A model generated the notes under the pieces. It saw only the letters and a program-made list of their open reading frames with translations. It ran no database searches and had not been told where the DNA came from. Made by a program: the position numbers and the translations under genes. Below are positions 21,101 through 26,799 of a DNA stretch of 63,164 bases, piece after piece. The stretch is from the IMG/VR virus record IMGVR_UViG_3300022166_000001. One strand, written 5' to 3'. Positions within the stretch are counted from its first letter, which is position 1; each line of letters starts with the position of its first letter. The stretch comes from a virus.

Positions 21101-21740
21101 TGCAGCGATCAATCAAGTTGGTCCAGCCTTTGGTCAGTATCGTGAATCTGTAATGTTGTCTATTGCTGCACGACACTTCAACGAAGGTAAGCAGCCAGCA
21201 GACATGGTACCGTTTACTCCTGTATTCGATAACTTGATTTTGAATTCACAATCATACCCATTAATGCTTCATGCTATTAACAACATCGCATTACCTCAAG
21301 TCTTAGACTGGGATATGGTAGATGCTTTTGTTAAAGACTTTGAGAAACAGTTCGGAGAAGCTGTAAATGAAGTAAGAGCGTTAGGTGGTGAAGTTTCTAT
21401 TGGTGATAAAGGTACCTACAAAGGTTTCTTACAAACATTAGATAGAGAGTATGAATACTTTGGTACTGAATTAACCCCTCGTGAGAAAGCATTTAAAGAA
21501 TTCTTAGAATCAGACAAGTCTGGTTGGAAGCCTAAAGCCGATCGCCCAGATCAATACTATATTAGTGATGCACAATTCATTAACACTGTTAAACAGTTTA
21601 TGAATTACAAACACTTAATCTTTGATTTGAAACGTTGGAACGGAGTAACCGACAAGACTGACTATAAGAGTGCTCGTAAGCGAGCTAACAGTGAGATGCA
21701 CAGACTAGCTAAAGCTGGTCGTATCTACAACGTTACTTAA
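18198..21740 (+). CDS. Diverged single-subunit RNA polymerase (virion RNAP candidate), 1180 aa
   Basis: Motifs in T7 order and spacing: ATLGRV (R602), IAIDANSAGLMF (D720), KEFAKKTLLTTGYG (K811, K815, Y823) and PVFDNLI (D1011). It is the last gene of the late operon, where N4 places its vRNAP gene. Confidence 0.6.
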   Translation: MAINIPSGANVPSLGQSNRFLEDQLKQQVPVVPSLDVTDESIAARQANAMGEIPQNMQSTGSVPAVGYQGEEEDYPSFAASGVKAPTYEPSPFSDVMEGMPSRLMDIRGNEITDPEAIQQMYEEERSRQANLMKPLNKDWTSIKELRDAFPDSAKPTQAGIIQRASKAIGETLADTTVTLRDSNSPTAVQLSAMTRLKSGLNTSTASTANVVNMAGILMSPMISGAASQGNGSVAASEEASDVDFGYDSINDLLRDDGEGPVEMTAVDGAMPRASVAKTYGRLMKKLAQGSALDANNQPLDPSTMPRQDISTEEAGEIGLQAEIDAGHLVEDVSPEGIELVRMAPGFGHERYVTSRAMGKEMNAAMAGQKQRVPVSSKGNLVGASRNIRTGDKKKHKFKNTPEMDETKRIVGSIAKHVGAGKAVIGSLYVNQLLNQLSDPNRSTPLNVLHLFKISQKDANDAYNMFGDDYFMPNSKVPVKELTPEAKSIKDKVADLLKERTDHLNEVALGQAYFTPAWEDYSTHRVYLDPRFNAQRNKYTRAVESFVSPSFQLDPTTEYHTKGVNRETANKFWERIGELSKNKNANLSAKEKELSFLATLGRVLDVGSKVGMKTEQMVFPEMLSLVTPDFIHEAAFIGDALKSIVPTNKGDLLKGFDKIEFGLLEPVQQKALAKVADLATGIGDRETWGYVLQAYVDAADYVNAKRNGTGFNPKVTIAIDANSAGLMFLASDIGNFDILSRVGLIWEYLSDAEFQDTMPEGDPRRYFTDVAKEQSISTTFGPDKVDTSALWKEKLDQFGGIGVKGAGQFNKEFAKKTLLTTGYGKSSAFHVDEARAFLKEYPEFATEMLESAEYNGDSTKLVHDLNDILKNTVRTALQEWQFTTPKKTVATLQMFNRVPHPIGKFGEELSFGRFGSIESGKSVEIKNKNKSKARKINTSITVFDPMAPAKRKGTTDEFGNEVIPGPGTAAINQVGPAFGQYRESVMLSIAARHFNEGKQPADMVPFTPVFDNLILNSQSYPLMLHAINNIALPQVLDWDMVDAFVKDFEKQFGEAVNEVRALGGEVSIGDKGTYKGFLQTLDREYEYFGTELTPREKAFKEFLESDKSGWKPKADRPDQYYISDAQFINTVKQFMNYKHLIFDLKRWNGVTDKTDYKSARKRANSEMHRLAKAGRIYNVT

Positions 21741-21746
21741 TCAAAT

Positions 21747-21794
21747 AAAAACCCCTATTAGGAATTATCCTAGTAGGGGTTATTTTTTTTTTTT
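21747..21794. terminator. Bidirectional intrinsic terminator at the convergence of the two arms
   Basis: ACCCCTATTAGGA-atta-TCCTAGTAGGGGT stem of about 13 bp (21751-21780), flanked by an A-run on the left and a long T-run on the right. Confidence 0.85.
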
Positions 21795-22074
21795 AAGCTG
21801 TCAAAGCTTTGTGTGCCTGTAAAGCGGCGCTACGCAACATATCAGCTTCTTCTTTAGCTTCTTCTGGTGTGTAGTTCTTATTTGTTTTATCGTTGATTAC
21901 TGTAGGTAGACCTGCAATATTCTGTTTGTAGATTTCATTAATAACAAACGGATTCATCTCAGGAGTATACAATAGATTGTCAGGGATATGTACACCTGAC
22001 TTAGCCATGTCTTGTTGGAATTCATGGTCATCGTAGTTGTGACCACGTAGAGCTTCCATGTTGTATGATTTCAT
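21793..22074 (-). CDS. Hypothetical protein, 93 aa (last gene of the minus arm)
   Basis: ORF ends at the terminator; 1-nt overlap with the upstream gene. Confidence 0.55.
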   Translation of the reverse strand: MKSYNMEALRGHNYDDHEFQQDMAKSGVHIPDNLLYTPEMNPFVINEIYKQNIAGLPTVINDKTNKNYTPEEAKEEADMLRSAALQAHKALTA

Positions 22075-22538
22075 TATAGACTCCGTTTCAATGTTGCTTT
22101 AACTTTCCAGTTAAGCTTAGATAGACCTGCAAGATAGTCACCTAGATAAGTCTCTAAGCCACCAACACCTTGACGACCTGCTTCTTCATACACCCATTGA
22201 CCATTACGTAATAGTGTTTCAAAGTCAGCAGTTAAAGCTTCAAGTTGTTTAGCTGGATTATCGATTACATTAGTCTCTTCATCAATTTCACTAACACTTA
22301 AGATACTCTTTAAAGTAGTAGGTGCTGGCTTGTCTAGTTGACGGATTTGTTCACCCAACGTATCGTGATTTTCATAGAGATAATCATAGATATCGTTTAA
22401 CAATGAATGGTCTTGAGAGAATGTCTGCCCTTGAACGTTGAAGTGAAAGCCGTGAGACTTATAGTACACCACAAAGTTATCAGCAAACAAACAGCGTAAT
22501 GCGGATACTAAGGTATCCTTATTTTTTGTCGTCATCAT
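22074..22538 (-). CDS. Dps-like ferritin-fold protein
   Basis: LFADNFVVYYKSHGFHFNVQGQTFSQDHSLLNDIY...LGEQIRQL matches the Dps pattern (fHWnV.G..F...H..f.e.Y...D.iAEri..LG). Confidence 0.7.
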   Translation of the reverse strand: MMTTKNKDTLVSALRCLFADNFVVYYKSHGFHFNVQGQTFSQDHSLLNDIYDYLYENHDTLGEQIRQLDKPAPTTLKSILSVSEIDEETNVIDNPAKQLEALTADFETLLRNGQWVYEEAGRQGVGGLETYLGDYLAGLSKLNWKVKATLKRSL

Positions 22539-22707
22539 TGTTTCCTTTTATTAATGCAGTGTCAACCGCATATGCGTATTCTTTAACCTTGTCATTGAAT
22601 ACATGTTCAGCTAACGTTTCTGCAGGTTTCTTTGGACTCCAAATGGCATCCCAATTACTGCGTACTTTTTCAGCATCTTCATTACGGCGTCCTGAACCTT
22701 TACCCAT
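22519..22707 (-). CDS. Hypothetical protein, 62 aa (the longest ORF extends to 22758)
   Basis: ATG 22707 is preceded by AGGAG. The longer start has no RBS. Confidence 0.45.
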   Translation of the reverse strand: MGKGSGRRNEDAEKVRSNWDAIWSPKKPAETLAEHVFNDKVKEYAYAVDTALIKGNNDDDKK

Positions 22708-22797
22708 ATTAATTCTCCTGATTGAATGTATCCCATGATGACTCATATAAGGGGTCATAGGGTAAATTTAATTCGTAGTCTTCAATAGCGTCTTCCA

Positions 22798-23154
22798 TTA
22801 TACCCCTTGTGCTTTCATTGTCTTAACAATAGCAGAGAAAATATAATCTTTAGCTTGTTGTTCAACAGGTAAGTCTTCATACTCAACCATACAAGGATGT
22901 GTCTTTTCTTCTACATTCTTTTCTTCACCGTATACCCAACCATCAGCATCTTTAACTGCATACCATTCATTATGGCTGTCTGCAGGTGTAGAGTCTGGGT
23001 TGTTAAAGTGATATACAACTCCTTTGTATGCTGACTCTTTTTGCCATTCAGGAGCATCAGCCCATGATACTTGAGAGTCATCACCTAAAGCTAGGCAATA
23101 AGCACGATTAGCTTCGTGACATACTTGTGCGATTTTTTCTAATTGGGGTTTCAT
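22798..23154 (-). CDS. RyR-domain-like protein
   Basis: HEANRAYC...W.DAPEWQKES...HNEW...DGWVYGEEKN...KTHPCMVEYEDLP resembles bacterial/phage RyR-domain proteins. Confidence 0.5.
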   Translation of the reverse strand: MKPQLEKIAQVCHEANRAYCLALGDDSQVSWADAPEWQKESAYKGVVYHFNNPDSTPADSHNEWYAVKDADGWVYGEEKNVEEKTHPCMVEYEDLPVEQQAKDYIFSAIVKTMKAQGV

Positions 23155-23174
23155 TTAATGTGTCCTATTGTTAA

Positions 23175-23250
23175 TGGTGAGTCATGACGGATTCAAACCG
23201 CCGACCAACGGTGTAGAAGACCGATGCTCTATTCACTGAGCTAATGACTC
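23175..23250 (-). tRNA. tRNA-Arg (anticodon TCT)
   Basis: Manual cloverleaf: acceptor GAGTCAT/ATGACTC, D arm GCTC/GAGC, anticodon loop CTTCTAC, T arm GGCGG-TTTGAAT-CCGTC, encoded CCA. Confidence 0.85.
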
Positions 23251-23257
23251 AGGTTAG

Positions 23258-23347
23258 TGGAGGAGACGGTGAGATTCGAACTCACGGTCGGGTTGCCCCA
23301 ACATCTGGGTTCAAGCCAGATACATTAAACCACTCTGACACGTCTCC
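23258..23347 (-). tRNA. tRNA-Ser (anticodon TGA), long variable arm
   Basis: Acceptor GGAGACG/CGTCTCC, anticodon stem TCTGG/CCAGA with loop CTTGAAC, 6-bp variable-arm stem, T arm GTGAG-TTCGAAT-CTCAC, CCA. Confidence 0.85.
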
Positions 23348-23352
23348 GTTAT

Positions 23353-23427
23353 TGGGCAGAACGATGGGTTACGCTCCCTATCTACCTGTTTCACAGACAG
23401 GTGTGCTACTATTACACTATCGACTGC
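23353..23427 (-). tRNA. Degenerate tRNA-like element with a His-type (GTG) anticodon arm; possible pseudo-tRNA
   Basis: Perfect anticodon arm CCTGT-CTGTGAA-ACAGG and D arm GTGT/GCAC. The acceptor pairs only 4 bp (GCAG/CTGC), and the T arm is aberrant (GAT-A-GGG / CCCATC with loop AGCGTAA). Confidence 0.3.
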
Positions 23428-23435
23428 ATTATTTT

Positions 23436-23514
23436 TGGCTCCGGATGTCGGAATCGAACCGACCTAACCATTGATTAACAGTCAAGCCCATGCACCTTGC
23501 TCGGGTTTTCCGGA
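23436..23514 (-). tRNA. tRNA-Asn (anticodon GTT)
   Basis: Acceptor TCCGGA/TCCGGA, T arm GTCGG-TTCGATT-CCGAC, anticodon loop CTGTTAA, long D loop, CCA. Confidence 0.6.
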
Positions 23515-23647
23515 ATAGTTGATGGCTTATCACCATCGAGAACTCAGTTACTATATACGTCTATATAGCTCACACGTAAATTCGTGATTAGGTCTTCACC
23601 AGCTTAGGTACCCGTTAAGGTGTGGGAGCGGAGTTTCTACTGATATA

Positions 23648-23723
23648 TGGAAGCGAGTGGTTGGAATCGAACCAACTATCTGCAGCTTATGAGGCTGCTG
23701 AGATACCATTTCTCCACACCGCT
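23648..23723 (-). tRNA. tRNA-Met/Ile2-type (anticodon CAT)
   Basis: D arm GAGA/TCTC, anticodon arm GCAGC-CTCATAA-GCTGC, T arm GTTGG-TTCGATT-CCAAC, CCA. The acceptor stem needs one bulged T. Confidence 0.6.
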
Positions 23724-23732
23724 ATAAATTGT

Positions 23733-23752
23733 TTCCTATTAGGCTCCAGCTA
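23733..23752 (-). promoter_or_regulatory. Phage promoter-like motif P2 (TAGCTGGAGCCTAATAGGAA on the minus strand)
   Basis: 16/20 match to the consensus. Overlaps the thioredoxin stop codon and lies 9 nt upstream of the first tRNA. Confidence 0.45.
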
Positions 23753-24002
23753 AAAACTTCCTTGTTTCTTCTAGAGTCATAGTACCGCTTTGTTTACGTA
23801 GTACATTACCTTCAGAATCTTCTAAGATAAAGTAAGGTACACCTCGGATTTGGTGTTTGATTAAAATCTCTTTATCTTGAGCGGCATCAATCTCTTCTAG
23901 CGTAGTATTAAACTCACCTACAAGATCAATGTCGTTAAGAATACCTGTCATTACTTTACAGGGACCACACCATTCAGTGTATACTTTAATTAGTTTGTTC
24001 AT
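23739..24002 (-). CDS. Thioredoxin
   Basis: WCGPCK active site; 87 aa. Confidence 0.85.
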   Translation of the reverse strand: MNKLIKVYTEWCGPCKVMTGILNDIDLVGEFNTTLEEIDAAQDKEILIKHQIRGVPYFILEDSEGNVLRKQSGTMTLEETRKFLAGA

Positions 24003-24379
24003 TGGTTTCTTTCTAAATAGTTAAGGGCTTTCTTTAGGGATTCAATAGAATCACCTAGTTTACCTATACCTGTATTACATTCACCACAAAGAATACCACG
24101 TACTTTCCCTGTGGTATGGTCATGATCAATTACTGCATTGCTTTTACCTGCACCTAATCGTATTGCACTTGTAAAGGAAATAGGGAATCCACAACACCCA
24201 CACTGATTATTTTGTGATAACAAAAGTGCGTCTCTTTGTGGAGTTGTTATTCCATATTTGCTTAATTTATTTTTACAAGACAGACATTCAGTATCAACAC
24301 AATGATACGTCTTGCCAGTCTTGTAAGTACGGGTGTATGTACGAGCTAAGTTAGTACAACCTTCGTGTTTGCAAATCAT
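23999..24379 (-). CDS. Endonuclease VII-type (HNH-like) nuclease
   Basis: VIDHDHTTGKVRGILCGECNTGIGKL matches the T4 endonuclease VII signature. ATG 24379 forms an ATGA overlap with the RNR stop (the longest ORF extends to 24403). Confidence 0.75.
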   Translation of the reverse strand: MICKHEGCTNLARTYTRTYKTGKTYHCVDTECLSCKNKLSKYGITTPQRDALLLSQNNQCGCCGFPISFTSAIRLGAGKSNAVIDHDHTTGKVRGILCGECNTGIGKLGDSIESLKKALNYLERNQ

Positions 24380-26247
24380 AGTTCGCATTGACCAGCTGTG
24401 CAAGCCAACATTTGAGCACCTTCTACATTGTCACGGTCTTCGATAAACAATTCCCAATCGATTGAGGGTAGTGTATCTTTCAAACGTTTGTACTCGGAGG
24501 AATCAATATTCTCGTATGGCGCTTGGCGATATGTACCGCCGTCATCAGGTAAGAAGGAGACTCCGGTGCATTCATCAAAATGCTTATAAACCCATGCACC
24601 TACTTCAGGCCACTCGTGTTCTTTGACCGAGATAGTAACTGAGGGCTTATGCTCACACCAATTTCTTTGGTAGGCCAACCAGATCTCAAGATGTTGAATA
24701 GCAGTTAAGTCTTCACGAGTAAACCCGGGTGAACGCATAGGGAAGCTAAACACAGCTGTCTGGTCTGGCTTCATTACGCAGTCTTCATTAGGGATACCTT
24801 GAGAGATCAAGAACTGAGTCAATGGGTCTTTCTTATCTTGACGAATACGGCGAATGTAGTATGGGGCATGACCTGCATGGATGCCACTAGATGTCAATGT
24901 CAACTGAGACACTGTACCTTCTGGCTTAACACAAGTAATAGCTGCAGACTCAGGGATACCTAAGATACCAGCCCATTCCTTGTTAGTCTCACGGGCTACA
25001 TCACGGAGTTCTGATAGCACTGCATCTAGGTTAAAAGCTTCTCCACGGAGGATAGCATTATCTAGAATACCTGTCATAGATACACCTAGTAAACGTTCTG
25101 CTTCTGTATTCTGTTTCCAGATATCACGTAGGTAAGGGAAGTCAGTCAAGGTAGACTGCATAGTACCCATGATAGTAGCAAAGCGAACCTTCAGTTTGAG
25201 TGATTCAAGGGTATCTTCTGCTTCAACTACAATGGTAGAGAGGTTACAGAACTGATATGGCTTAAGGATAATCTCTGAGCAAGGGTTAGTACCGTACTGT
25301 ACGTCTTTTGCTCGGCGACCCCATTTAGCAGCTTGTACTTGAGAAGCTTCACGGTTGAAGATACCACGTTCACCTGAGTGACTGTTGTAAATATCTAACC
25401 ATTCCTTCATGAACTCACCGACAGATGGTTTAGTCTGGTATACTGCTGAGTTATTAGCTAAGGCACGTTCGCCAAAGCCTTTCCACCATTCACCAGCCTT
25501 AGCGGTAGCATGGTCACGGTCAGACAAGTCACCTAAGGAGATCATAGCTGAACGGCGTACACCACCAACCACTACTACTTCACCAATCTTACACATGATG
25601 TCGTGTGCTTCGATGTTCTTTAGCTTACGACCCTTAGCCTTAGTGAACTTCTTAACTGTGTAGTTAAACAAAGATACCAAAGGCTCTGGACCACTAGCAC
25701 GACCACCAAAGGTTTTCAGTGGAGCACCTGCTGGACGTACCTTAGATACATCCCATGTAGGAATAATACCTTTGTATAAGCATGCTACGAGTTCTTGGAA
25801 GGCATAACACCAACCTTCTTTGCTATCCTCTACAACAATGATATGTTCTGATTGATGTAGCTGAGGTACGACAGGAAGTTGTTGGGTATATTGAGACTCA
25901 CATGAGAAACCTACACCAGTACCACATAGTAAGATGTACATCGCCTCATCGAAACAGCGGGGATGGTCTACAGGTAGGTAGCTACAGTTGTAAGCTGCTA
26001 CGTGAGTCCTGCGGAGTGCCTCACCTGCAGTCATAATTGAGCGCATTGAGGGAAGGGTACTTAGTGATTTAATTTCTTGGTTTAACATACCCCAGATGCT
26101 GTCTGTGGTATCTAATTTATCTGCTAATTGTTCCTTAAAGAAGTCTGTCCAGCGGTCTGCTGTTTCGTCCCAGTTTTCACGGCGCTTTTTCTCAGGGAGA
26201 TAGCGAGCGTATCTTGATTTTGCAATCAGTTCTTGGTAAGAGTTCAT
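24376..26247 (-). CDS. nrdJ: Ribonucleotide reductase, class II (B12-dependent) type
   Basis: 623-aa single-chain RNR. The N-terminus YARYLPEKKRRENWDET is typical of phage NrdJ, and GTNPCSEI is the active-site motif. Confidence 0.85.
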   Translation of the reverse strand: MNSYQELIAKSRYARYLPEKKRRENWDETADRWTDFFKEQLADKLDTTDSIWGMLNQEIKSLSTLPSMRSIMTAGEALRRTHVAAYNCSYLPVDHPRCFDEAMYILLCGTGVGFSCESQYTQQLPVVPQLHQSEHIIVVEDSKEGWCYAFQELVACLYKGIIPTWDVSKVRPAGAPLKTFGGRASGPEPLVSLFNYTVKKFTKAKGRKLKNIEAHDIMCKIGEVVVVGGVRRSAMISLGDLSDRDHATAKAGEWWKGFGERALANNSAVYQTKPSVGEFMKEWLDIYNSHSGERGIFNREASQVQAAKWGRRAKDVQYGTNPCSEIILKPYQFCNLSTIVVEAEDTLESLKLKVRFATIMGTMQSTLTDFPYLRDIWKQNTEAERLLGVSMTGILDNAILRGEAFNLDAVLSELRDVARETNKEWAGILGIPESAAITCVKPEGTVSQLTLTSSGIHAGHAPYYIRRIRQDKKDPLTQFLISQGIPNEDCVMKPDQTAVFSFPMRSPGFTREDLTAIQHLEIWLAYQRNWCEHKPSVTISVKEHEWPEVGAWVYKHFDECTGVSFLPDDGGTYRQAPYENIDSSEYKRLKDTLPSIDWELFIEDRDNVEGAQMLACTAGQCEL

Positions 26248-26717
26248 TGTTTAATTGTCCTTTGTAAAATTTGTTTTCCAGCAGTAACCATGCGTTTTCC
26301 GGTTACGCTTTTGTTTGATGAATTAATATTGAGTATGTCAGGTATTTCATAATACCTTTTACCACCTTCAAACAATTCGTTTGCAAGTATTGCTTGATCA
26401 GGTGTAAAGGATTTACAATAAAATTTATCTGGGTTACCTAATCTATTATAAATAGGTTTAACTTCTTTAATTAAATTTAACTCTAAATCAAGTGCATGAT
26501 CTTTAGTGAGTAAAGTATGAGTTACTTTTGCAATATCACCCATAGTGAATCCTTGCTCATAAAGATTACTAATCCACATTGAATGAGCAGGACTACGGTG
26601 ACTCCCTGAAGAAGTGCCTGTGGCCCATGCTCGACTTCCGGTACCCATACCAATGTAAACAATTTCACCTGAATCAGGATCAACATGTTGGTACAGGTAG
26701 TATAATTCTTTTATCAT
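26244..26717 (-). CDS. GIY-YIG homing-endonuclease-like protein (the longest ORF extends to 26732)
   Basis: LYYLYQHVDPDSGEIVYIGMGTGSRAW. ATG 26717 has an AGGAAAA RBS. Free-standing between the RNAP and RNR genes. Confidence 0.55.
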   Translation of the reverse strand: MIKELYYLYQHVDPDSGEIVYIGMGTGSRAWATGTSSGSHRSPAHSMWISNLYEQGFTMGDIAKVTHTLLTKDHALDLELNLIKEVKPIYNRLGNPDKFYCKSFTPDQAILANELFEGGKRYYEIPDILNINSSNKSVTGKRMVTAGKQILQRTIKQ

Positions 26718-26735
26718 TTTTATTTTCCTCATTAT

Positions 26736-26755
26736 ACGGTATTAGGTACCGACTA
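26736..26755 (-). promoter_or_regulatory. Phage promoter-like motif P3 (TAGTCGGTACCTAATACCGT on the minus strand)
   Basis: The first 16 nt are identical to the consensus; the 3' GGAA is replaced. Intergenic, between the RNAP gene and the GIY-YIG gene. Confidence 0.5.
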
Positions 26756-26799
26756 GTTGTGAATCCACAACCAAAGAATGAGAAGGGTTAAGATTGGTA

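Noticed and set aside
22519-22758. Full-length 79-aa ORF starting at 22758
   Set aside because: There is no RBS at that start. An internal ATG (22707) has AGGAG, and the upstream space is tiled by a TAATG-coupled 29-aa ORF (22709-22798), which I consider too short to list as a feature.
23244-23474. 76-aa plus-strand ORF
   Set aside because: It lies antisense across three tRNA or tRNA-like genes. The structured RNA genes explain the sequence.
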